Source of the DNA: an uncultured bacterium
GTDB taxonomy: Bacteria > Krumholzibacteriota > Krumholzibacteriia > Krumholzibacteriales > Krumholzibacteriaceae
Direction of reading: 5' to 3'
Assembly: GCA_963813815.1 (NCBI GenBank)
Contig: CAWFAD010000007.1
Span: forward strand, 128,001 to 192,000
Length of the DNA stretch: 64,000 bases
Shown: positions 1 through 10,700 of the stretch, piece by piece
Layout of the letters: each line of letters starts with the position of its first letter
Numbering within the stretch: the first letter of the stretch is position 1
Notes under the pieces: generated by a model
Told to the model about the DNA's origin: nothing
The model's database searches: none
The model's input: only the letters and a program-made list of their open reading frames with translations
Translations under genes and position numbers: made by a program

Positions 1-1
1 G

Positions 2-670
2 CAGTCGTACCGGTTCATCAACCGCACGTACGCGAGCTCCCGCGGCTTCGAGGTGAGCATCGAGAAGCAGCGCAGCCACTACGTCGGCGGAGAGATCTCG
101 TATACGTTCTCCTACGCCGACGGCGTCGCCTCCGACGCGTTCTTCGGCGTCTCCGCGGAGGGGCTCACCCACTTGCCGACGCAGGAGATGCCGCTCGACT
201 GGGATCAGCGGCACACGCTGAACGTCACGCTCAGCCTGCAGGATCAGAACAAGTGGGGAGCGACGATCGTGTACCAGTTCGGGAGCGGGCTCCCGTGGAC
301 TCCGGTCGACCGCTTCGCGCGGCGGCAGGATCCGCTCTGGGAGAACTCGGAGCGCCTGCCGGCGACCCATACCGTGAACCTGCAGGGACGCAAGATGTTC
401 AACATCTACGGCCAGGAGCTGACGCTGTTCTTCGAAGGGCGCAACCTCCTGAACGAGGATATCATTCTTTCGACGGCCCCGGGCGCTTTCCCCGGCATGA
501 TCAACGCGACCATGGACGGCGGCTCCTATCTGAGCGAAACCGGACGGTTCGGGGGCGCCTATCTCCAGGATCTTAATGAGGACGGAATCGACGACTTCAC
601 GCCGGTGAACGATCCCACCGTGTGGGGCGATCGCAAGGCGTGGCGCATCGGATTCGGATTCGAATTCTAA
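2..670 (+). CDS. TonB-dependent outer-membrane receptor, C-terminal part (5' end lies outside the window)
   Basis: Frame open from base 2 (QSYRFINRTYASSRGFEVSIEK...); motifs YTFSYADG, PLDWDQRHTLN, GSGLPWTP, NLLN; C-terminal beta-strand ending in Phe (RIGFGFEF*). Confidence 0.88.
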   Translation, partial: QSYRFINRTYASSRGFEVSIEKQRSHYVGGEISYTFSYADGVASDAFFGVSAEGLTHLPTQEMPLDWDQRHTLNVTLSLQDQNKWGATIVYQFGSGLPWTPVDRFARRQDPLWENSERLPATHTVNLQGRKMFNIYGQELTLFFEGRNLLNEDIILSTAPGAFPGMINATMDGGSYLSETGRFGGAYLQDLNEDGIDDFTPVNDPTVWGDRKAWRIGFGFEF

Positions 671-698
671 GGGTGCGCGACAAGAGGAGGATGTGCGA

Positions 699-3183
699 AT
701 GAATCGCAAGGCGTTCAAGCTGGCGGCGGCACTGGCCGTGGCGCTGCCGATCGCGACCGCCTCGTACGCGAGGGACACCAGCACGTGGATCGAGAAGGTC
801 AAGGATCCCGCCAGCCCCGTCTGGGTCCTCGACGGCTCGTCGGTGCACAACGTCGGGAATCTGCAGATGCACGTGACGAACTGGGGCGCGATCGGTTCGT
901 ATCCGGGGTCGACGTTTCCCACGGGGGAGGCGCCGTCCGCCCAGTGGCCCGCCAACTCCGGCGTCGAGTACCTCTACATCGCGGGGCTCTGGGTCGGCGC
1001 GAAGAAAAACGGGATCCCCGTCGTGTCGACCGCCGCGTACGACATCGAGTTCCGGCCGGATCCGATCGATCCCCTCGCGAGGATATACCGCTCGTTCGAG
1101 GGCGCCGCTGGCGGCGCCCGCTATCCGAGCCCGCCCGACGACGACAAGGACGGCCAGATCAACGAGGACTGGCTGAACGGATCCGACGACGACGGCGACG
1201 GCAAGATCGACGAGGACTTCGCGGCGATCGGCAAGCAGATGTTCGCGTGCTGGTTCACCGACTTCGATCCGTCCTCCATCCAGGCGAACCCCGAGCATAC
1301 GCCGCTCAATCTCTTGGTCCGCCAGGAGAGCTACCAGTGGGAGGAGGAAAAGTTCTACAACTTCGTCGGTCTCGAGTACAAGATCAAGAACGTCGGAACG
1401 GAGAGCATCGAAGACCTCTATATCGGATTCTTCGCCGACGGCGACGCGGGCCCGCGCACCCGAGGAGCGTACCGGCTCGACGACTGCACGGGATACTGGC
1501 GAGGGTATCGTTTGCGCCGAGCGCGGCGACAACATCGTGCCGATCCGCGTGAGCTGCGCCTATTTCTGGACAAGGACGGCGACGAGGGGGCCACCGGGGC
1601 TATCTCGGCGTCCTCTTCCTCGGCCACAGCACCGACCCGCTCGGGAAAACGCTCCGAAGACGCGTCGCCATCACCTCATACCAGAACTTCGCGCGGGATC
1701 AGCCGTACGAGGAACGGCGGCGACCCGAACAACGACTTTCAGCATATGAGCTGCTGAGCAAGACAACGCGGGATCGCACGCAGGAAGTGCCCCTCGATTA
1801 CCGGATGCTGCTCGCGTACGGGACCTTCGGCGAGCTCGCGCCGGACAGCCAGCTCGATGCCTGCAGGTCGCGTTCTGCTGCGGCTGACGGTCGAGGAAGG
1901 CATGAAGACGGCCGCGGCGAGCGCCGCGCTCACGTTCTCGGGCAACTGGTTCGACATCGACGGAAACGCCCTCACGGGAAAGGACGCCGTGAGACGCCGG
2001 TCTACGGCCCCGCATCGAGCGTCGAGCCCGATTCCTGCGACGGAGAACACCGAGACGCTGTCGGCCGCGAGAGACGAGGTCATCTGGATCAACGCCGATT
2101 GCCGCCGGGAAATCGAGCTCTTTATCGATCGGAGCTGCCCCCAGGGAAACACGTCGTTCGCGGAGTTCCAGACGGGCGTGAACGGCAGGGAAAGGCAGGT
2201 CAATCTGGCTCGTCGGATCCGCGCCGCCGCCCGCCCGTCATGCGCTCATCCCCGAGGATCGAAGGTCACCCTTCTCTGGGACAACCGCAGCGAGGTCACT
2301 CCCGACGCGAGCACGCTCGAGTACGATTTCGAGGGGTACCGGATCTGGCGGGCGGACGGCTGGGACGCGTCCGTTCGGCACCTCGATTCTCACCGGGCCC
2401 TTCGCGCGACCTCTGGCAGCTCCTCGAGGAGAGGGATCTCGTGAACGGGCGTGTGCCGGATCTCGAGTTCAAGAAACCGTTTTCGTAACAACGGATGGGA
2501 ATACGAGCCGCTCCTCGCCCTCGGCGATCGGACAGGAACGATATCGTCGAGTACTTCGAGCAGAGCATCTACTAGTATCCGTGGACGACGTTCCCTGCCC
2601 GCCGGGACTGAGCGAGCTCGAGTGCGACACGATCGAGGCTCTCGCCCGTTACAATCTCGGTTTCGAGGGCGGGCTCCAGTACTACCAGTACGTCGACGGT
2701 CGGTTCACAACGGCATGCATTACTTCTACGCGTGACTCGTTCGACCACGTCATCACGGACGGCCTGCCGGTCGCGTCGGTTACTTCGGCGACCCGCGTCG
2801 AACTTCCAGTACATCGACACCGCTCTCGACGGCGCGGAGCAATCCGCCGCCTATCACGTGGAAGAGGTGTACGTCGTTCCGAATCCGGCGACGCGCGAGT
2901 CGCTCTCTCCGTGGCAGCTCTTTCCGAACAACGCCGATCCGACCGGCCTCAAGGTCGAGTTCCGGAACCTGCCGAATTGCCGAGCACGATACGCATCTAC
3001 ACGCTCGCCGGGGATCTCGTCGAGGTGCTCTATCACGACGGCGCCGGCGGAAACGGGAGCCACCGTGGGATCTCGTGTCGCGGAACGGACAGGACGTGAC
3101 GAGCGGCATGTATCTCTTCGTCGTGGAGAGCGTAGGACGACTCGTTCGACCGGACGATCGGCAAGTTCGTCGTGATCAGATGA
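699..3183 (+). CDS. Large secreted protein with T9SS-like C-terminal sorting domain, broken by multiple frameshifts (probably sequence errors)
   Basis: Signal peptide MNRKAFKLAAALAVALPIATASYA; HNVGNLQMHVTNWG...YLYIAGLWVGA; DxDxDG repeats. Coherent segments continue across frames: VTLLWDNRSE..FEGYRIWR, VYVVPNP..VEFRNLP, IRIYTLAGDLV, RNGQDVTSGMYLFVVES, ending IGKFVVIR* at 3183. Confidence 0.75.
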
Positions 3184-3233
3184 CGAAACGAACGATACAC
3201 AATGACTGGATTCAATCCGAGGAGGTTGCAGAG

Positions 3234-4176
3234 ATGAAACGCAGGATTCTTCTGGCGGCGCTGGCGATCGTGATGATCCCGGGCGATCGTCGCGGCGGCG
3301 ACGAAGCCGTTCGAGAAGGTTGGGACCTATGCGGCCCAATTCCTCAAGATCGGCCCGTCGGCCCGCGCGGTGGGCATGGGAGGCGCTTTCACGGCGGTCG
3401 CGAACGACGCCACGTCGATCTACTGGAACCCCGCCGGCATCGTCGAGCAGACGCGGACGCAGGTGACGCTCAACAACGTCATCTATCCGGCCGACATCGA
3501 CATCTACTTCGCCGCGGCCGTTTTCAGCACGCCGTACCTGCCCGGCACCTTCGGCGTCAGCGCGCGCGCACTCACGATGGATCCGCAGGAGGAGCGCACC
3601 ATTTACATGCCGGAGGGCACGCGGCGGTACTTCGACGCGGGCGATATGTCCTTCGGGCTCACCTACGCCACGTATTTCACCGACCGCTTTTCCGCCGGTT
3701 TCACGGCCCATTTCCTCCACATGGGTCTCGCCGACAAGAGCGTCGAATCGCTCGCCTTCGATTTCGGCCTCCTGTACCGGATCGGCATTCAGGGCATGCG
3801 TCTCGGTATGATCGTGCAGAGCCTCGGCGGCGAGGTCGATTTCGACGACCGTTCGTCGAAGCTCCCGACTCTCTTCAAGGTGGGGCTCAGCGTCGACGCT
3901 TACCGCAGCGGCGCGCACGCCCTGCTGGCGACCGGAGAGTTCCAGCACCCGGTCGACAACAAAGAGCGCATGAACGTCGGCATGGAGTACGCGTTCAACC
4001 AGTTCTTCATGCTGCGCGGCGGGTACAACATCGGATACGATACCCAGGGCCTCGCGGGGGGCGCAGGATTCCGCCTCGACACGAGCCAAACCTCCGATAT
4101 CGGGCTCGATTACGCGTGGGAGGATCTCGGAAGTCTCGGAACGACCCACCGGTTCAGCCTGAATTTCAGCTACTGA
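3234..4176 (+). CDS. PorV/PorQ-family outer-membrane beta-barrel (one frameshift near 3281)
   Basis: GGAGG RBS then MKRRILLAALAIVMIP; after the shift EKVGTYAAQFLKIGPSARAVGMGGAFTAVANDATSIYWNPAG; ends LGTTHRFSLNFSY, typical of this family. Confidence 0.85.
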
Positions 4177-4192
4177 CGTGAGGTCGCCGCAT

Positions 4193-5704
4193 ATGCGCGA
4201 CTGGCACCGCAAGGGATCGCGAATCAACCTCCTCGGAGCCATCCTCCCGGTGCTCGTCGCGCTCGCGGCCGGAGGTGGCGCGCTCGCCGCCTCGCTCGTC
4301 GGTCAGGGCGATTTTGATTTCTACGTCGACGTCGCCTCTCTCCCCACGGGAACCGGAGACGCGATACAGCTTCTGCAGGTCGCCGTGCCGACCAGGGAGC
4401 TGCGGTACGCGGAACAAGACGGCCTCTTCCGGGCCGAGATCCGCGTCACCTACGATATTCGCGCCGGGGACGAGAGCGTTTTCCGAAAAGCCGTGGAGCT
4501 CCGCGACTCGCGCTCCAACCCCCCGGCGGTGAAAGACCTCTCCTCGTTTCTCTGCCATATCGATTCGTGCTCGGTAGCGCCCGGGAACTATACCCTCACC
4601 GTGAAGGTGGAGGATCTCCAGCGCCGCAAGCAAACGCTGCTCGGATGGATGCGCAAGTCATATGCCGTCTCGATCGTCGATGAAGTCCCCGTCGAGGTGA
4701 CCGCTTCGCCGGCGGGGGCCCTCGTCGTCGGCGATCCCATCCTCGTGTGGTCGATCGACTCGCGCGGCGGCGTCATGCCCAACCCCATGCAGATTTACGG
4801 GTTGCGCAAGGACACGCTGACCGTGCTCGCGAACGTCGCCCTGCCGCCTCCGGCCTACGCCGACTCGCTCCGGATCCGGCTCTCGCTCACGAAGGGCGAA
4901 GGGGAGGCCATCGACGAGAAGCGCATCGCTGTGCCGCTGCGCGACGGGAGGAGCGTTTTCGTCGAGTCCTTCGACCTCGCCACCTATTCCGCCGGAGACT
5001 ATCGCGTTCTCATCGAGGCGGAGGCGGGGGACGGGCGTTTCGCTTCCGCGGGGAAGGATTTCACCGTCGCCTGGGAGCTTCTCAACTGGCAGCGGCCGGC
5101 GCGCGACATACTCATCGAGGCGGGTTTCATGTTCAACGAAGAGGAGTACGGGCGGTTCAGGCGCATGACGCTCGGGGAACAGGAAGCGCGCCTCAAGAGC
5201 GTGTGGAAGGCGATCGATCCGACGCCGCACACCGCGGTGAACGAGGCGTACGCGACCTTCCTCGCGCGGGTTCGATACGCCGACTCCCACTTCGGCGTGT
5301 TTCAGAGGGGCGTCAACTCCGACCGGGGCAGGGTGTACGTACGGCTGGGCCAGCCCGACGAAATCATCGTCCGGCCGGTTCCCAAGGACCGGGCGGATCT
5401 GCTCTCGGGCATGAACAAGGTCGGGGACGATTACGAGATCGTTCTCGAGGGCTCCCAGAGCGAGCGGGAGGCCCTGATGAGGGACATTCAACCGAGAGTC
5501 GTCTCTCCCGAGCGGCAGAGGGCCACGCGGGGAGACGTCGGGGGAGACGCGGGATCGTTCGAGATCTGGGCGTACAATATGAAGGGCGCGCCCCTGTTCT
5601 CCGGCGATTCGGGGATGACCATCAAATCGGGGCTCCGTTTCCTGTTTCTCGATAGCGACGGATACGGAGATTACCGTCTCGTCGGCACGTCGGAGGATAT
5701 GTAG
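4193..5704 (+). CDS. GWxTD domain-containing protein
   Basis: N-terminal hydrophobic segment; WKAIDPTPHTAVNE..FLARVRYADSHF..GVNSDRGRVYVRLGQPD..FEIWAY..FLFLDSDGYGDYRL; start uncertain (4178 or 4193). Confidence 0.82.
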   Translation: MRDWHRKGSRINLLGAILPVLVALAAGGGALAASLVGQGDFDFYVDVASLPTGTGDAIQLLQVAVPTRELRYAEQDGLFRAEIRVTYDIRAGDESVFRKAVELRDSRSNPPAVKDLSSFLCHIDSCSVAPGNYTLTVKVEDLQRRKQTLLGWMRKSYAVSIVDEVPVEVTASPAGALVVGDPILVWSIDSRGGVMPNPMQIYGLRKDTLTVLANVALPPPAYADSLRIRLSLTKGEGEAIDEKRIAVPLRDGRSVFVESFDLATYSAGDYRVLIEAEAGDGRFASAGKDFTVAWELLNWQRPARDILIEAGFMFNEEEYGRFRRMTLGEQEARLKSVWKAIDPTPHTAVNEAYATFLARVRYADSHFGVFQRGVNSDRGRVYVRLGQPDEIIVRPVPKDRADLLSGMNKVGDDYEIVLEGSQSEREALMRDIQPRVVSPERQRATRGDVGGDAGSFEIWAYNMKGAPLFSGDSGMTIKSGLRFLFLDSDGYGDYRLVGTSEDM

Positions 5705-5768
5705 ACGGCATCCCGCGAGGCTCGCCCGGCCGGGCCGGTGCGCCGCTCGTGGCGGGAGGAATTTTCCA

Positions 5769-5797
5769 TTGACAAGGGGGGGGCCATCGATTATTTT
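5769..5797 (+). promoter_or_regulatory. Sigma70-type promoter for exbB-exbD-exbD-tonB
   Basis: TTGACA-N17-TATTTT in an intergenic region. Confidence 0.6.
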
Positions 5798-5955
5798 GCA
5801 CACATTAAAGACTTGGCTGAACGTGGGTTGGGAGCACCGAGGGTCATTCCCGCTCTGTATTGAGCCGTTGTTTTTCGTCGCTCGCGGGTGATCCCTTCAA
5901 TGAGGAATCAATTACCAAGCCGCCACACACAGGAGAAGCAGGAGGAGCGCGTGGT

Positions 5956-6819
5956 ATGGTAGCAAAGAACCTTTCGAAGCTCGCAGTGCTCGCTGCGGTG
6001 GCCCTCATCGCGATCGGCGGGATCTATCTGTCGGCCGCGTACGCCCAGGAAACGGGAGCGGCGCCGGCGACGACCGAAGCGGCGGCGCAGGGTGGGCAGG
6101 ACGAGCTCGCGATGTCCAAGGCGGACTCGCTCACAATCGTGAAGAAGATCGAGAACATGGCCGAGCATAAGCGTCTCGGATGGTTCTACAACATCCGCTA
6201 CAGCGGGCTCGGCGATTTCTTCGTGCGCGGCGGCGTTTTCATGTGGCCGCTGCTCGCGTGCTCGATCATCGCGCTCGTGTTCATTCTCGAGCGCCTCTTT
6301 ACTCTGTCGCGCGCGCGCGTCGACGTGAAATCCCTCATGACCCGCGTGACCCAGGCGCTCCGCGCCGAAGGGGTCGACGCGGCGCTCAAGGTCTGCGAGT
6401 CGACTCGCGGCCCCATCGCCGCCGTTATTCACTCGGGCCTCCTCCGGTCGGGACAGGGTCCCGAGGCGGTGAAGGAAGCGATCGAGACGGCCGGTTCGAT
6501 CGAAACCTCCTTCCTCGAGCGCGGTCTCGTGGTCCTCGCGACCGTTTCGACCGTCGCGCCGATGCTCGGGTTCCTCGGAACGGTGTCGGGTATGATGAGC
6601 GCCTTCGCCGCCATCGCTGCGGCGGAGCAGGTGAGCGCGAAGATCGTCGCCTCTGGTATCGAGGAGGCGCTTATTACGACGATCGCGGGCCTCACGATCG
6701 CCATTCCGGCGAGCGTCGGGCACGCCTATTTCGTTTCCCAGATCGAGCGGTTCGTGCTCGAGATGGAAGAGGCCTCCGCCAATCTCGTGAACGAGCTCGT
6801 CGAACTCGGCAAGAAGTAG
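5956..6819 (+). CDS. exbB: MotA/TolQ/ExbB proton channel protein
   Basis: GGVFMWPLL; VAPMLGFLGTVSGMMSAF; ASGIEEALITTIAGLTIAIP; GGAGG RBS upstream. Confidence 0.92.
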   Translation: MVAKNLSKLAVLAAVALIAIGGIYLSAAYAQETGAAPATTEAAAQGGQDELAMSKADSLTIVKKIENMAEHKRLGWFYNIRYSGLGDFFVRGGVFMWPLLACSIIALVFILERLFTLSRARVDVKSLMTRVTQALRAEGVDAALKVCESTRGPIAAVIHSGLLRSGQGPEAVKEAIETAGSIETSFLERGLVVLATVSTVAPMLGFLGTVSGMMSAFAAIAAAEQVSAKIVASGIEEALITTIAGLTIAIPASVGHAYFVSQIERFVLEMEEASANLVNELVELGKK

Positions 6820-6839
6820 CCGCGAACGAGAGGATTGCC

Positions 6840-7250
6840 ATGGCAATCAAGAAAACAAAGTTGGAGCCGACGATTCCTGCGGCATCGCTGTCGGACATTA
6901 TCTTCCTGCTTCTCATTTTCTTCCTCGTCACGACGACGATGTCGGTCGAGAAGGGGCTGCCGATGTCGCTCCCCGGCAAGCAGTCGAAGACCGTGAAGCT
7001 CAAGCAGGAGTCGGTGTTCAACATCAAGATCACCTCCGACGGGCAGATCATCATAAAGGACATCGGCCCGATCGGGATCGGGCGCGTAAAACCGCTCATC
7101 GAGGACAAGCTCGGTCTCAACGACAAGCTCGTCATCGTCATTGAGACGCACCCCGACGCCAATTACGGCGTGATGATAGACGTCCTCGACGAGCTGCGGC
7201 TCGCAAAGGCCACGCGCATCTCGCTGCGGACGACGCAGCCGGGAACGTAG
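6840..7250 (+). CDS. exbD: Biopolymer transporter ExbD
   Basis: IPAASLSDIIFLLLIFFLVTT; YGVMIDVLDEL. Confidence 0.9.
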   Translation: MAIKKTKLEPTIPAASLSDIIFLLLIFFLVTTTMSVEKGLPMSLPGKQSKTVKLKQESVFNIKITSDGQIIIKDIGPIGIGRVKPLIEDKLGLNDKLVIVIETHPDANYGVMIDVLDELRLAKATRISLRTTQPGT

Positions 7251-7264
7251 AGGAGGCCTCCTCG

Positions 7265-7671
7265 GTGAAGATAAAGAGACGCATACGGGTCAAGAACGAG
7301 ATACCGACCGCCTCGATGGCCGATATCATCTTCAACCTGCTCCTCTTTTCATGGTAACGAGCATCTTCAAGATGGAGGAAGGGCTGCCCATCCAGCTCCC
7401 GCGCGCGAAATCGGGCGCCGACACGCAGCGGCAGCAGATCGTCCACATCTGGGCCGATCGCTTCAGCCGGATCAGCATCAACGACAAGCTCGTGCGCATC
7501 GAGCACATTCAGGGGATCATGGCGAGCCGTCTCGAGGAGGATCGCAGCATCATCGTCGCCTTCAACGTCGACGGCCGCACGAAGTACAAGCTCGTTTCCG
7601 ATATCATGGAGCAGCTCAAAGAAGCGAACGCCATCAACGTGACCTTTACGTCACTGTACGAGTCGGATTAA
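7265..7671 (+). CDS. exbD: Second ExbD (frameshift in T-run near 7346-7349)
   Basis: GTG start, EIPTASMADIIFNLLLF; then after a 1-nt shift FMVTSIFKMEEGLPIQLP..YKLVSDIMEQLKEA. Confidence 0.85.
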
Positions 7672-7689
7672 GCGCAAAGGGGTACGAGC

Positions 7690-8322
7690 GTGGCCCTCGT
7701 TCTCGCAGAAAACCAGAAATTCAAGCTCGGATACAACCGCTATATTCGCAACGCGCTCTACGTGACTCTCGCGATTCACGTCATTCTCTTCTACATGACG
7801 CCCACTTTCAAGTTCAAGCCGTACGTGCTGCGCGAGGAGTATTTCGAGGCGATCGAGCTTCCCGAGCAGTTCGAGCTCCCGCCGCCGCCGAAGGAGATCA
7901 CCGCGCCCGCCGTGCCGATCGAAGCGGCCGAGGGCGAGGAGGTCGACGAAGAGGCGGACATCGCCCCGACGAGTTTCGAGCGCATCGAGGACGTTCCGCC
8001 TCCTCCGCCTCCTCCCTCCGAGCAGGCGTCGGAGTTCTACGCGTTCGACGAACCCCCGGTCCTCATCAAGTTCGTGAACCCCAAGTACCCCGATCTTGCC
8101 CGTCAGGCGGGGATCGAGGGGACGGTTCTCCTGAACGTGCTCGTGAGCGACAACGGCAAGGTGGTCGCCGTCGCCGTGCTCCAATCGGACGTCACCCCGG
8201 CGATGGACAAGGCGGCGATCGAGGCGGCGAGGCAGTTCATCTTCAAGCCGGCGAAGCAGCGAACCGTGCCCGTCAAGGCTCGCATGGCGATCCCGATCCG
8301 GTTCAAGCTGCACGGCGGCTGA
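7690..8322 (+). CDS. tonB: Energy transducer TonB
   Basis: N-terminal TM with His (LAIH), Pro-rich linker, YPDLARQAGIEGTV..FKPA C-terminal domain. Confidence 0.92.
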   Translation: MALVLAENQKFKLGYNRYIRNALYVTLAIHVILFYMTPTFKFKPYVLREEYFEAIELPEQFELPPPPKEITAPAVPIEAAEGEEVDEEADIAPTSFERIEDVPPPPPPPSEQASEFYAFDEPPVLIKFVNPKYPDLARQAGIEGTVLLNVLVSDNGKVVAVAVLQSDVTPAMDKAAIEAARQFIFKPAKQRTVPVKARMAIPIRFKLHGG

Positions 8323-8350
8323 TCCGCGGCATCGAGCTAGATTCGTGCGA

Positions 8351-8386
8351 AACATGCCCGGCCCGAAGCCGGGCATGTTCTGTTGT
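8351..8386 (+). terminator. Probable intrinsic terminator after tonB
   Basis: 12-bp perfect stem AACATGCCCGGC-CCGAA-GCCGGGCATGTT followed by a T-rich tail. Confidence 0.6.
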
Positions 8387-8454
8387 ACCGCCCCGCATTT
8401 TACCGCTGGAGCGCGGGGGCGAATCGTGCCACAATCGGCGGCGACGAGCCCCGG

Positions 8455-8511
8455 CGTCGATTTCGGCGGAACGGTCGTCGATTTCGGCGCAACCCGGCGC
8501 CGATTCCGGCG
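8455..8511 (+). repeat. Three direct repeats CG(T/C)CGATT(T/C)CGGCG, 21-22 bp apart
   Basis: Copies at 8455, 8476 and 8498, directly upstream of the tolC operon. Confidence 0.75.
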
Positions 8512-8569
8512 TAGAAATGAATATATATTCGCTTCAAGCGGTAATGGTTTGCGAGAGGAGCCACCGGTC

Positions 8570-9922
8570 ATGAACAGAACGAGTCATCGCGCCGTCTGCG
8601 GCGCCGCCGTCCTCGTGCTCGTCGCCGGCGCGGCGATCGCGCCGGCGTGGTCGTTCGCCGCGGAGACGCGGGCGCTCAGCCTCGAGGAGTGCATCGCGCT
8701 CGCCAAACAAAACAACCCCGACATCGCGGTCGCGGGCGAAACCTTCAAGAAGGCGGAGAGCGGCCTGCTCGCGAGCTACGGCGGTCTGCTGCCGGGATTC
8801 TCGCTCGGCTTCTACACGGGCCACCGCTACTACGGCCCCTCGTCGGTTCAGTTCGACGCCTCAGGCCGCCCCGTCGTTCAGGACGGATTCGATTACGAGG
8901 ATTTCACCTTCCGCATGTCGTCCGATATCCAGCTCTTCGACGGCGGCGGGACCCTGAACGGCATTCGGGCGGCGCGCGCGGGCCGCGACGCGGCGCGCGA
9001 GGATCTCAAGTACCGCCGCGCGTACATCGAGGCGATGGTCATCCGGGCCTACTACAACGTCGTCCGCTACCGGATGCTGCGGACCGTCGCCGGCGAGAGC
9101 GCCGATCTCGCGAAGCGGAACCTCGAGCGCACGGAGGCGCTGCTCGAGGTCGGCTCCGCGACGAAGGCGGACGTCCTCAAGGCGCGCGTCAGGCACTCCA
9201 ACACGCGGCTCAGCGTCATCGAGTCGACGAACGCCCTCGAGCTGTCGCGCGAGGAGCTCGGCGCGTTGCTCAGGCTCGAGGACGTCCAGTCGATCGAGGT
9301 CGATACCGCGCTGGCGTTCGAGTTCAAATCGCCGGACGCCTCGGCGGAGATAGCGTACGCCAGGGTTCACCGCCCCGACCTCAGGGGCCTCGCCCACGGC
9401 ATCGAATCCGCCGGAGCGGGGATCGCGGCCGCGCGGAGCGGCTGGCTTCCCTCCCTCGGGGCCTCGTTCTACTACAACTGGAACGACCGCACGATGGCCG
9501 AGAACCTCAATTTCTTCGAGAGCGAGTACGCGTGGAGCGTGACGGCCTACGTCACGCTCGACGTCTTCGACCGGTTTCTCACGACCTCGAACGTGAGAAC
9601 GGCCAAGGCGAATCATCGCATCGCGCAGCATACGTACGACAAGGCGAAGCTCGAGGCGGAAAAGCAGATCAGGCAGCTCGTGCTGACGATGGTTCAGGGG
9701 AAGGAGCGATTCGCGGTCGCGAGCGAGACGGTCGAGCAGGCCCGCGAGGATCTCCGGCTCGCCGAGGAGCGCTACCGCGTCGGCGCGGGAACGATGCTCG
9801 AGACCATCGATGCGCAGGTCGCGCTCGTGCAGGCCAAGGCCGACGTCATTCAGGCTGAGTGCGATTACCTCATTGCGGAGGCGGACCTCGCCGTCGCGAC
9901 GGGGCGCAGCGCCGGCGAGTAA
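8570..9922 (+). CDS. TolC-family outer-membrane efflux protein
   Basis: Signal peptide; [38 protein letters not shown]. Confidence 0.9.
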   Translation: MNRTSHRAVCGAAVLVLVAGAAIAPAWSFAAETRALSLEECIALAKQNNPDIAVAGETFKKAESGLLASYGGLLPGFSLGFYTGHRYYGPSSVQFDASGRPVVQDGFDYEDFTFRMSSDIQLFDGGGTLNGIRAARAGRDAAREDLKYRRAYIEAMVIRAYYNVVRYRMLRTVAGESADLAKRNLERTEALLEVGSATKADVLKARVRHSNTRLSVIESTNALELSREELGALLRLEDVQSIEVDTALAFEFKSPDASAEIAYARVHRPDLRGLAHGIESAGAGIAAARSGWLPSLGASFYYNWNDRTMAENLNFFESEYAWSVTAYVTLDVFDRFLTTSNVRTAKANHRIAQHTYDKAKLEAEKQIRQLVLTMVQGKERFAVASETVEQAREDLRLAEERYRVGAGTMLETIDAQVALVQAKADVIQAECDYLIAEADLAVATGRSAGE

Positions 9923-9944
9923 CGGCGTTCGGGAAGGAGCGGGT

Positions 9945-10640
9945 GTGCTCATACGTGCCCAGGGCGTGCGGAAGGTGTACGAGGTCGGCGTCAACCGGAT
10001 CGAGGCCGTGGCCGGCGTGGACCTCTCGATCGAGCCGAACGAGTACGTCGCGATCATGGGACCCTCCGGGTCGGGAAAATCGACCTTCATGAACATACTC
10101 GGGTGCCTCGACACGCCGACGGAAGGCGAGTATTACCTGAACGGCCAGCTCGTGAGCAACCTCGACGACGACGAGCTCGCGCGCATCCGCAATCGCGAGA
10201 TCGGATTCGTGTTTCAGACCTTCAACCTCCTGCCGCGCGCCACGGCGCTCCAGAACGTCGAGCTTCCCCTCATCTACGGCGGCGTGCCTTCGCGCCAGCG
10301 GCGCCAGCGGGCGATGGAGGCGCTGCGCGAGGTGGGGCTCATCGATCGGGCCGCGCACCGGCCGAACGAGCTCTCCGGCGGCCAGCGGCAGCGCGTGGCG
10401 ATCGCGCGCGCCCTCGTGAACCGTCCATCCATCATTCTCGCCGATGAACCGACGGGAAATCTCGACAGCCACACCGGCGAGGAGATCATGAGCATTTTTC
10501 GGGGGATCCACGAGGCGGGAAACACGATCATCATCGTGACGCACGAAGAATACATAGCGAATCATACACAGCGCATCGTCCGGCTCCTCGATGGCCGCAT
10601 CGCCACGGACGTCCGAAACCACTCGAAGCAGTTTTCGTGA
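9945..10640 (+). CDS. ABC transporter ATP-binding protein (MacB/LolD-like)
   Basis: [36 protein letters not shown]. Confidence 0.95.
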   Translation: MLIRAQGVRKVYEVGVNRIEAVAGVDLSIEPNEYVAIMGPSGSGKSTFMNILGCLDTPTEGEYYLNGQLVSNLDDDELARIRNREIGFVFQTFNLLPRATALQNVELPLIYGGVPSRQRRQRAMEALREVGLIDRAAHRPNELSGGQRQRVAIARALVNRPSIILADEPTGNLDSHTGEEIMSIFRGIHEAGNTIIIVTHEEYIANHTQRIVRLLDGRIATDVRNHSKQFS

Positions 10641-10700
10641 ACGGCCGCGCGCCGCCGGGAGGCGGCGCGCCGTTCGCGTTCCGGTTCGCAGGGGGGTGCC

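Noticed and set aside
1745..2580. TGA at 1755-1757 and TAG near 2574 as selenocysteine/pyrrolysine recoding
   Set aside because: They lie in a region full of indels; the coding sense continues in another frame (YELLSKTTRD); both codons act as ordinary stops elsewhere in the window
8455..8511. Direct repeats as a mini CRISPR array
   Set aside because: Repeats are 14 bp with 7-8 bp spacers, far too short, and there are no cas genes
10649..10672. GC-rich hairpin between the ABC ATPase and adaptor genes as a REP element or terminator
   Set aside because: Single copy, no U-tract; such hairpins are expected by chance at this GC content
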